Positions 26,708 to 34,699 of a DNA stretch of 64,000 nt are shown one piece after another. The notes below the pieces were generated by a model that made no database searches, was not told the origin of the DNA, and was given only the letters and a program-made list of their open reading frames with translations. The position numbers and the translations under genes were made by a program. How positions within the stretch are numbered: the first letter of the stretch is position 1; the number at the start of each line of letters is the position of its first letter. The DNA comes from Candidatus Omnitrophota bacterium (lineage in GTDB: Bacteria; Omnitrophota; Gorgyraeia; Gygaellales; Profunditerraquicolaceae): positions 166,900-230,899 of the forward strand of contig JBAZKL010000004.1 of NCBI GenBank assembly GCA_041650835.1, given 5' to 3'.

Positions 26708-29389
26708 TCAACTTCCGATCAAACGCTTTAGTCTCTTAGCCGCATCTCTTGTTTCTTGCGCAAATTGATGTTTTGCTAAAAAAGCATCATCAACAAACCC
26801 AAGTGACTTCGTTATAAAGTCAGTACCGTACTTAAACCAATTGGGCTTCTCTTTAAAATAAGCCTCTACCGCCGGCTTGGCTTTTTCGATAACCCCATCT
26901 ATATCTTTTAGTTTCGAATATTTAGCAGTATCTATATCATTCAAAATCTTTATATTTAGTTCTTCAGAAACAGGTTTCTCTGAAAATTTCCACTCGGTAT
27001 ATGCTTTTAATGTTTCCCGATTTATAGCTTGATTAAGAAAAATATCCTTTTCTGAATCGCTAATTATTTCTTTATCTCGTCTTTTAATCTCCTCAATAAC
27101 CTTCTGCAAGTTTCTAAATGATTCGTAAATTGGAATATCAATGAAACCTTTAATTTTTCTATCACGTTTATTTTTCTGAACAAATTCTAAGTTATATTTT
27201 GTACCATTAGTATTCAAATTTATTATTAAATAATTTGCGGAATTTTCATTTACCAGGTTTTTATGATTTTCGTAATACTTTTCAGACATATCTTTTATTA
27301 CTAGGATTTGTCGGCTATATTTGGGAATTTTACGGTAGAAACAAAGATGGGGTATTTTACTATTTATAACATCTTCTCTTATCGATACCATAGTTGAGCC
27401 AAAGAGATTTGGATCAGGAGGAAAGCTTGCAAGCAAAAGATTAGTTAGCTGAACATAATTCTTAAAAAATCGCTCCATTATAATAATAATTTGGTTTTTG
27501 AATTGTTCTATATAAGCAATGATCTTCTTTGTTTGATTCTCTAATACTTCCCTGGGAATATGTTGGGGTATATTTTTTTGTAATTTCTCTAGATATTTTT
27601 GATTGCTTTGATAAATAGTTAGCACATCCATATCGCAATATTGTTGTATGTCATTATTATGTACTTTCGTTTCATCATATCCCTCTTCTGGTTTTTCGTC
27701 TTTTACAAGAATTCTTATATCGTCAACCTCATTTACATATAAAGAAAACTTCTCTAGGCTCTCTAAGAAATTATTTTCATAATCTAGCAGTACTTGCGGA
27801 GTAGCTGGAACGACCATTTTTGATTGTGTCCAGGCATATGCGTAAAACGCAATATTCTTGCCCTCAATTGTTTTTACAATCTCGCCTTTTAATAAAATTA
27901 CGCCTAATCTTAATAAATATTCTATTAAATTTTTCTGAGCTAAATATATTCTTAATTGTAGATTATCTTCACGAGTAGGCGGATCTTTACTTAAATGTAA
28001 TTCTTGAAAAAAGGGAATATCAATAAATTTATAGAGCCCGGTTAATAATAGATTATTTTGGTACCAGCAAGAAGGAGCCCAATATTTATTTAAATCAAAT
28101 ATTTGCCCAAGTGCTTTCTGAATATTTGCATGAAAAAGCTCTGTTTCTTCAAAGGACTCAATCTGTAAAACCGGCCTATCTTCCTTATCATAATCACTTA
28201 TGTAATCTCTAATCCTAAAATGCAGTTCAAAGAAATCTGATTTCGCTTGGTAACAAAGAAGATTCCTGAAATCTTGATATATTTGCTTATCGATAAATTT
28301 ATCCTTCGATTCGTCAATTATTTCATCAACATATGCTTCTAAATCGTCAAAATTAGGACGACTAATAAATATTTTGTCATTAAAGAATGTGTAAGCTATT
28401 TCTCTCTCTTCTTTTGATTTTTCAACAACATCATAAATATCCTTCCCAGCTATAAAAACAAAGAGCCCAGAAGATAGCGTAAATAAATTCTTGAAGGTTT
28501 TTATAATATCTGTTATCTTGACTCTCTCGGTTTCTTTAATCTTATCCATTTCATCTATAACAAAAATTATTTTGGAAGATTCTTTCGATAATGAAATCTC
28601 ATCCAAGAGGGCATAAAGATCATATTCTAGGTTACTAATACTTTTGTCAGTTATATATAATTCTTCAACAGAACTGCTCTCGCTTGCTTTTTTACTTTTT
28701 GTTATACTCTTTAATATTTTGTATGATAGCGTCTTTGGTAAAAGAAAGGACAAAGAACCTAATAAAATATTTAAAACTAGATTCTCTTTAGTCGACAAAT
28801 AGAAAAAGCTCATACCAACAATTATCCCTAAAGAGCTAAGGAAATTTCTTATTTGTTCAGAATCAACGCTATATTTTCCTTCTATTTCTTGCTGATCATT
28901 TTCTTCCTGTTCTGTTTCCTTTTTCAATTTAATTTCTTCTTTAATTTCCGATTTTTCAGAAATTGCTTTTTGATACAGCTTACCTAATTTTCTCTGTGAA
29001 TCATCATCTAGCTTGCTTCTCGCGGCAGTATATAATCTTCTTATTAAATTAATAATTATCTTTTCTTCTAGTCTCTCTGGACTTATTTCTAGAACGTCTT
29101 TACCTTCTGCTAAACTTTCTTCAATAAGCAGCTGAGATGCATTAATCAAAACAGGAATAATCTTTTTATTCTTTGCCGTAGCTTTATATAAAGCTTCATA
29201 AACCAGAGCTGTCTTACCAACACCTCGCTCACCACTGACCAAAAGACAACCCTTTTCTCTTCTTAAGAACCAATTTTCAATTTTATTTCTTTCCTCTTTT
29301 CTTCCAACAAAATGTCCCTGTGGTTTTTCATAATGAGGAAAGTAATCCCAGTCTTTTTTAAGTGCCAATTTTAATTCTTCATTTACCAT
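26708..29389 (-). CDS. KAP-family P-loop NTPase (Walker A, TM-helix insertion, Walker B) with large C-terminal region
   Basis: FVGRKEE...GERGVGKT Walker A; two hydrophobic helices (IIVGMSFFYLS...LLGSLSFLL) inserted before Walker B KIIFVIDEMD; 893 aa, extremely A+T-rich gene. Confidence 0.7.
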   Translation of the reverse strand: MVNEELKLALKKDWDYFPHYEKPQGHFVGRKEERNKIENWFLRREKGCLLVSGERGVGKTALVYEALYKATAKNKKIIPVLINASQLLIEESLAEGKDVLEISPERLEEKIIINLIRRLYTAARSKLDDDSQRKLGKLYQKAISEKSEIKEEIKLKKETEQEENDQQEIEGKYSVDSEQIRNFLSSLGIIVGMSFFYLSTKENLVLNILLGSLSFLLPKTLSYKILKSITKSKKASESSSVEELYITDKSISNLEYDLYALLDEISLSKESSKIIFVIDEMDKIKETERVKITDIIKTFKNLFTLSSGLFVFIAGKDIYDVVEKSKEEREIAYTFFNDKIFISRPNFDDLEAYVDEIIDESKDKFIDKQIYQDFRNLLCYQAKSDFFELHFRIRDYISDYDKEDRPVLQIESFEETELFHANIQKALGQIFDLNKYWAPSCWYQNNLLLTGLYKFIDIPFFQELHLSKDPPTREDNLQLRIYLAQKNLIEYLLRLGVILLKGEIVKTIEGKNIAFYAYAWTQSKMVVPATPQVLLDYENNFLESLEKFSLYVNEVDDIRILVKDEKPEEGYDETKVHNNDIQQYCDMDVLTIYQSNQKYLEKLQKNIPQHIPREVLENQTKKIIAYIEQFKNQIIIIMERFFKNYVQLTNLLLASFPPDPNLFGSTMVSIREDVINSKIPHLCFYRKIPKYSRQILVIKDMSEKYYENHKNLVNENSANYLIINLNTNGTKYNLEFVQKNKRDRKIKGFIDIPIYESFRNLQKVIEEIKRRDKEIISDSEKDIFLNQAINRETLKAYTEWKFSEKPVSEELNIKILNDIDTAKYSKLKDIDGVIEKAKPAVEAYFKEKPNWFKYGTDFITKSLGFVDDAFLAKHQFAQETRDAAKRLKRLIGS

Positions 29390-29431
29390 GTTTTCACCTC
29401 TTTATTGATTACAATGATTCTGATCTGAATA

Positions 29432-29558
29432 AAAAAACAGTGTCAGAACTCGACAACTATCTAAAACTATTGGACTTGTGAATTAATTCCGTGACTTGCT
29501 GATTTTATTCGTAACTTATTTATTTACTGTAAGTTATTGAGTTCTGACATTAATTATT
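29432..29558 (+). repeat. family A element copy 7
   Basis: aaaaaaacAGTGTCAGAACTCgac ... GAGTTCTGACAtTaatt. Confidence 0.85.
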
Positions 29559-29644
29559 CAATTGCAATCTTATCAATTCAGACAGTTTACTCAATTCACG
29601 CATATCCGCTAAATGAAGCGACTGATAGTAATTCTCCTTATAGA

Positions 29645-30716
29645 ATTTCATAGACTGTAGATTCAAATTACTAACGCAACAACTCGCTGAATCTTTCGTG
29701 AGGCGTATGCCAGCCAAGAGTTTTTCTTGGCCGGTCGTTTAATTCATCTTGAACTTCTTTTAATCTGGTCCTTGAGATCTTTGAAAAATCTGTTCCTTTA
29801 GGGAAATACTGCCTTAATAAGGAATTTGTGTTTTCATTAGTTCCCCGCTCCCAGGGGGAATGCGGGTGAGCAAAATAAACGGTTATTTTTGTTTCTTTTG
29901 TAAATAGCTTATGCTGACACATCTCACCACCCTGGTCGTAGGTAAGCGTTCTTTTCAATCCTGGGGGTAAACTGCGGAATTCTTCGCCAAAAGATCTTCT
30001 GATAGTTGAGGCGTCCTGGTTCCGTAGTTTTACTAAGAAGGCCATGCGTGTCGTACGCTCAACGAGGGTTCCAATGGCTGAGGCATTACGTCGCCCGATT
30101 ATTAAATCGCCTTCCCAGTGTCCAGGGATAGTGCGGTCGGCTACTTCTTGCGGGCGTTCTTCGATGCTAAAGTAATCCTGTATGCTGCCTGGTTTCCCTC
30201 GTCTGCCATCTTTTTTGCGGCGGTATTTATGGTTTCTTCTAAGATAAGATATAAGCCTGCGCTTGAAGGTGCCGCGAGGTAAAACATAGATATGGGAGTA
30301 AATTGTTTCGTGAGAGACGCGCATAGACATATCATTAGGATACAATACAATGAGTCTCTTGGCAATCTGTTCAGGTGACCAGTTTTTTGTTAAATAAGAA
30401 AGAACGAGTTTTCTTAACAGCGCGTTAGTGGCAAGTTTACGATTCTTGCGTATCTTGTGACGCGTTTTGATCGACTGCTGCTGAACGAAAATAGCACGGT
30501 AATATTTTAATTCTACTACCCCTGACTGACGTATTTCTCTGGATATACTACTGGGCGACCTGTTGAGAATACCGGCTATTGTTCGCAAACTGGATCCTAA
30601 TGCAATTTGACGGCTGATCTCTTCGCGCTCAAAGAGCGAGATTCGGTGATATTTTATCATTCGCAACTCCTTTCATCCGCTATTATAGCAGATTAAAGTG
30701 TTGCGTTAGTTGCTTG
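29645..30716 (-). mobile_element. intact IS30-family insertion sequence (about 1.07 kb)
   Basis: terminal inverted repeats ...ttactaacgcaacaac (left) and gttgcgttagttgc (right) flank a full-length transposase gene. Confidence 0.8.
29671..30666 (-). CDS. IS30-family transposase (DDE)
   Basis: N-terminal HTH, HWEGDLIIG, ...YFAHPHSPWERGTNENTNSLLRQ... IS30 signature; 331 aa. Confidence 0.9.
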   Translation of the reverse strand: MRMIKYHRISLFEREEISRQIALGSSLRTIAGILNRSPSSISREIRQSGVVELKYYRAIFVQQQSIKTRHKIRKNRKLATNALLRKLVLSYLTKNWSPEQIAKRLIVLYPNDMSMRVSHETIYSHIYVLPRGTFKRRLISYLRRNHKYRRKKDGRRGKPGSIQDYFSIEERPQEVADRTIPGHWEGDLIIGRRNASAIGTLVERTTRMAFLVKLRNQDASTIRRSFGEEFRSLPPGLKRTLTYDQGGEMCQHKLFTKETKITVYFAHPHSPWERGTNENTNSLLRQYFPKGTDFSKISRTRLKEVQDELNDRPRKTLGWHTPHERFSELLR

Positions 30717-30726
30717 AGTCTAAGGA

Positions 30727-30837
30727 CCGCTGTATCCAACCTACTATAATCCTTACACTTACAAAACAATTAGATAGGTTCAAGCAAAAGAATTGTTTTG
30801 CAACTTAAAGAAGCATTATCGGTTACGTACAGCGTCC
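30727..30837 (+). repeat. family B element copy 2
   Basis: ccgctgtATCCAACctactataatccttacacttacaaaacaatt...aattgttttgcaactt...ggttacgtacagcgtcc. Confidence 0.8.
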
Positions 30838-30865
30838 TTAGGATTTCCATGACTCCTTAAACCTA

Positions 30866-31783
30866 TTAATGTATGCCAGGAAGCTGAATAACCTTTTGCG
30901 ATTGTATAAAGGCAGCTCCCATATGGTTTTCGATAATTTTACAAGCAGTGGTACTGGATAAAGTATGAATAAAAGTATGATGTACACTCAATGCAGCATT
31001 TTGAATGTCTTGGTTGTCTTCTAACATTGATATGATCAAACCGATCTCTTTACACCTCTCAGGGGGCAGATGTCTTGAATGAGATAATGTTTCATCATGG
31101 CTTCCTATTACACTGACAATTTTGTTAATAGAATCAGTTTTTTGAGGTTCGGGTAAATTCGCAAACATTCCTGTGCCCAACCATTTCTTAACAAGATACT
31201 CTGACCAAGTAATTGCCTTTTGACATTCGCCAATAAATGCTGGAGGATATTTAGCAATTATTGGTTGCCAAACTGGTATTTTTGCAGAATCCAGTTTAAT
31301 CTCCTCATAAGCTTTCGAGAATTCTTCAATCACACCGTGACATGGTATTCCATTAAATTGAGGATCTATTGGACCCAAGCTGGAATGTTTCCCCATTAGT
31401 ACTTCTTTACAAGCACATGCTATCATTGTACCACCAGACATTGAAAGCTGCGGAACGATCGCTCTTATATTAGTCCCAAATAAACTCCTCAAGTAATCAA
31501 CAAGAGATTCTGTAGCAGCAGTTTCACCTCCCGGAGTATGCAAAATCAAATCTAATCCTTTCGACCAATCCATACCTTTTAAGGCTGACATAAATCCATT
31601 TTTATCATTGTCATTTATAGAAACCAGTTGGGGATCAGCCTTTTTTTGCAGCCATCCTGAATAATAAGCAATTACATTACGTCCTGTTAAATCATATAAT
31701 TTTTTTAAATAGCTGCGCCGAACAATATCTTGCGTACTACCAAGTTGGTGTATTTCTTCTCCTAATTCTTTCCAATTACCCAT
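30866..31783 (-). CDS. SDH-family (S49/ClpP-fold) serine protease
   Basis: LILHTPGGE and SMSGGTMIACAC motifs typical of the ClpP/SppA fold (serine dehydrogenase proteinase family); 8-bp overlap with upstream small ORF. Confidence 0.65.
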   Translation of the reverse strand: MGNWKELGEEIHQLGSTQDIVRRSYLKKLYDLTGRNVIAYYSGWLQKKADPQLVSINDNDKNGFMSALKGMDWSKGLDLILHTPGGETAATESLVDYLRSLFGTNIRAIVPQLSMSGGTMIACACKEVLMGKHSSLGPIDPQFNGIPCHGVIEEFSKAYEEIKLDSAKIPVWQPIIAKYPPAFIGECQKAITWSEYLVKKWLGTGMFANLPEPQKTDSINKIVSVIGSHDETLSHSRHLPPERCKEIGLIISMLEDNQDIQNAALSVHHTFIHTLSSTTACKIIENHMGAAFIQSQKVIQLPGIH

Positions 31784-32009
31784 TGTTTATCTCCAGCCCT
31801 ACAGTATCTGTAGTTATCATAATATTCCAAGTACTCCCTGATCTTTCCATGGTTAAATCATTCCTCAATCCTTCAAAAGGATTTGGAATCTTCAAAAGTT
31901 CGTATAATTCAATAATCTCTTTATCAGTGAATTTTTTCATAATAAGACAACCTAAAGAAAATATTTGCAGCGGGGCTATAGCCTTCCCAAACCAGCCAAA
32001 TAATTCCAT
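31776..32009 (-). CDS. small protein translationally coupled to the SDH protease
   Basis: 77-aa ORF overlapping the protease start by 8 bp. Confidence 0.45.
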   Translation of the reverse strand: MELFGWFGKAIAPLQIFSLGCLIMKKFTDKEIIELYELLKIPNPFEGLRNDLTMERSGSTWNIMITTDTVGLEINNG

Positions 32010-32038
32010 TCGTCATTTTTGAACCTTTTCTACCCCCG

Positions 32039-32170
32039 CAAAAAAAACAGTGTCAGAACTCGATGACTATCTAGAATTATTGGACTTGTGAATTAATTCC
32101 GCGTCTTGCCGATTTTATTCGTAATTTATTTATTTACAGTGAGTTATTGAATTCTAACGCTAATTATTTA
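32039..32170 (+). repeat. family A element copy 8 (abuts cyclase stop codon)
   Basis: aaaaaaaacAGTGTCAGAACTCgatgac ... GAaTTCTaACgCTaatt. Confidence 0.85.
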
Positions 32171-33124
32171 TCGAAACCTCACCTTATGAACTTTATAAGG
32201 TTTATCGTCTTCACCTTTATACTGCCAATCATCTCTTAGTTTTATCTCGTTGCAGCCTTCGCGCCACGTTGTATGTAAATTCCTCTCGGTTATATCTCCC
32301 AGAAGGATATCTCCTGGATTACCTAAGCTCTGAATTTTCGCGGCTAAACTAACAACTGAACCAATTATGTCCTTGTGCCTTTTTGTGTTAGGGCTACCGA
32401 TAGCTATTATACAGGCATCTCCAGAATCTAAGCCTATTCTAATATTGATGGTAGGGTAACCATTTTCCTCAAGCATTTGATTTACTCCACTATATATCAG
32501 CCTTCTTACTGTTAAAGAGCAGTCTAGAGCCAAATCATTTTTTATTATAAAGCTTGGCTCAGGGAAATATGCTATCAGCCCATCTCCGGTATATTTTAAA
32601 ACATGCCCATGGAACTTAGGAACAATTTCGCTCATTTCATATAAAATGACAGATATTAATTTCGCATATTTCTGGAGATCCAGGCTTTTTGATAGCTTTG
32701 TTGAACCAGCTAAATCTACACACATAATAACGAATCCCAAGCTATCAGTGGCTAATGACTCCAAGAACTCTTCTGACTTATCCTTAAAAACATAAGGTTC
32801 TTCTTCCGATTTTAATCTTTCACGAATCAACGGTATTCTCTCTTGAATATATTTCTCTGCATCACCGATTTCTTGCCGTTGCAGATACATTGGCTTTCCA
32901 GCTAATTGCTTTGCAAAATCAGCAAATACGTTTTCAGGAAAAATAATTTTATCAAATTTATCATATAAATACCGCTTCCCATTTATGTCTTTCCATTCAT
33001 ACCTTCTGGGGTCTGGGAGTAATCTCACTGTAAATATCTTTTTATCATCATCCACAGAAATAACTTCTTGAACAAAGTCCATCCTAAAAGCTTTGGTCTT
33101 ATCAGACACGCTTGAATTCTCCAT
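32168..33124 (-). CDS. class III nucleotidyl (adenylate/guanylate-type) cyclase with ~130-aa N-terminal extension
   Basis: cyclase-homology-domain motifs VIMCVDLAGSTKL, KYTGDGLIAYF, IRIGLDSGDACI, GSVVSLAAKIQS. Confidence 0.75.
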   Translation of the reverse strand: MENSSVSDKTKAFRMDFVQEVISVDDDKKIFTVRLLPDPRRYEWKDINGKRYLYDKFDKIIFPENVFADFAKQLAGKPMYLQRQEIGDAEKYIQERIPLIRERLKSEEEPYVFKDKSEEFLESLATDSLGFVIMCVDLAGSTKLSKSLDLQKYAKLISVILYEMSEIVPKFHGHVLKYTGDGLIAYFPEPSFIIKNDLALDCSLTVRRLIYSGVNQMLEENGYPTINIRIGLDSGDACIIAIGSPNTKRHKDIIGSVVSLAAKIQSLGNPGDILLGDITERNLHTTWREGCNEIKLRDDWQYKGEDDKPYKVHKVRFR

Positions 33125-33144
33125 ATCTTTTATTTAACTATCTT

Positions 33145-33609
33145 TTATTCGCCATAGTAACTTATTAGCCATATAGCTAAGCCAGCCAAAACTAATTTTC
33201 CTATAAATTTTTTATTTTCGACCTGCACCTTCAGTATATCTAAATAGTTATCCGCATTTATATATGCCTGCTTGGGGTTATTCTTATCAAACTCTATATA
33301 TTCTTTTCCTACCAATACTCCTTTTAAGGTAACCCCTTTCTCAACAATCGGTACAACAGGAATTTTGAAAGCATTCGCAGTAGCAATCTCTTGATTAACT
33401 ATGTCGGAGCGCGATCCGTCAATTGTCATTATAGCTAACACACAACTACTATTTCTTATATTTGCCTGTATCTTACCCCACAAATCAGTACCGGGTTGCG
33501 CATCAAGAACAGCCAAGTATACCTCTATTCCTTTCAGCCTTAATATATTGGCAAATTCATCAACAATCTGCATATCTTTTGTGCTGTGGCTAATAAAAAC
33601 ATTCATCAT
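33145..33609 (-). CDS. TIR-domain protein with C-terminal transmembrane helix
   Basis: MMNVFISHSTKD (FISHS TIR hallmark), conserved Glu in VNQEIATA, C-terminal LVLAGLAIWLISYY hydrophobic helix; 154 aa. Confidence 0.75.
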   Translation of the reverse strand: MMNVFISHSTKDMQIVDEFANILRLKGIEVYLAVLDAQPGTDLWGKIQANIRNSSCVLAIMTIDGSRSDIVNQEIATANAFKIPVVPIVEKGVTLKGVLVGKEYIEFDKNNPKQAYINADNYLDILKVQVENKKFIGKLVLAGLAIWLISYYGE

Positions 33610-33654
33610 TCTTTATTGCCCCCGATCTAAATAAAACCCCTAAGCTAGAAAGAA

Positions 33655-33852
33655 CTAAAAAGGATTCTTTCCTCCTATTTCGCAGAAGCTACACCTTGTC
33701 TGGATGCAATCGTTCTCTTTATTGAGACATTTTTTAACTCTCCAACCAAGCGTCTTAGGGTTACCCATTTCCTTTATACTTTCCACTACCACATTAATAT
33801 CCCTCTGCCTAAGATTACAGTACTTAGATTCAATCCTTGTAGGATTGCTCAT
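33655..33852 (-). CDS. small cysteine-rich protein (first gene of the TIR-cyclase unit)
   Basis: 65 aa with CxxxxC...CxxC pattern; 45 bp upstream of the TIR gene on the same strand. Confidence 0.4.
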   Translation of the reverse strand: MSNPTRIESKYCNLRQRDINVVVESIKEMGNPKTLGWRVKKCLNKENDCIQTRCSFCEIGGKNPF

Positions 33853-33984
33853 TTACACCTCCTCGTTCTGGAAATCCATCATACTGAACATATCAAAGAA
33901 TTGGTATGCCGTCTGCAAACCTGTAATTTGGTAAATAGTAATAATAGGAAACGTTTCTATCTTTCTCATACAAAAGCCACCAGA

Positions 33985-34100
33985 AAATACAAAAACCCGA
34001 GCTCTTGGCCCGGGTAAGTGATAGAATTTCCTATAAAGAATGGAACAGCCTTTGCATGGTCCCCCCACTTAATTGACACTAATATTATATCCTTACGTTG
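33985..34100 (+). promoter_or_regulatory. composite element D copy 3: terminator hairpin plus sigma-54-like promoter (34041..34056, TGGAAC-N5-TTGCA)
   Basis: aacccgagctcttggcccgggt hairpin then TGGaACagcctTTGCA and a conserved cccacttaattgaca...atattatatcctta tail. Confidence 0.55.
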
Positions 34101-34699
34101 AAAATAAAGCAACATAAAAATGACGATAAAGTATTAAAGATAGAGGGGTTTTATGCGAGTTCTAACCTTCAAAATCACTTGGTTACGTCAGATATGGACT
34201 TCCCAAGGTGACAGTCACAAAGTACGTGACAGTCACCTTGGGTTTCGCCCGCCACAAAAGCTTTGGCGGGCTCGCGGCATTGGTATATCTGTGATCGATT
34301 GGCAGTATCCCTAATCGTATAAAAAAGATTGCTTCGCCCTTTCAGGGCTCGCAATGGGCATAATGGTTATTTTGTGTTGTTATTTGAGCTCTATTATCTT
34401 TTGAATTCGACAAATGTCGACGGAAACTTTATATTAAATACTCATTACACTATTTCAATTATTGAACCGGTTTAATATATGATAGTAATATTTGTTCTAT
34501 CTTATAGTAAAATCAACATGTTGTAAATATGGGCAGCAACACTTTTTAACCATTATGCCCGCAATGACACAAGTGTCGGATTCCCGCATAAACGCTAAGG
34601 CAGTATCGGCGGAAATGACAGGAGAAAAGAACAAAAAAGTGACTGGCACAAAATACGTGAGCAGTCACTTTTTAAATACTAAATATTGGCTCTAATTTC

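Noticed and set aside
15816-32170. Canonical integron with family A repeats as attC sites
   Set aside because: No intI-type tyrosine recombinase in the window, and family A lacks RYYYAAC/GTTRRRY cores (its ends read TCAGAAC/GTTCTGA). Only families B/C carry core-like motifs, so the integron idea is kept as a hypothesis and not annotated as CRISPR/integron features.
32168-33609. Calling the TIR + cyclase pair a canonical Pycsar system
   Set aside because: The TIR effector is only 154 aa (TIR + one TM) and has no room for the cNMP-binding domain that defines Pycsar effectors; reported as Pycsar-like / candidate novel.
33853-34068. 71-aa minus-strand ORF
   Set aside because: Overlaps the conserved terminator hairpin/sigma-54 element (copy 3) that is non-coding in the other two copies.
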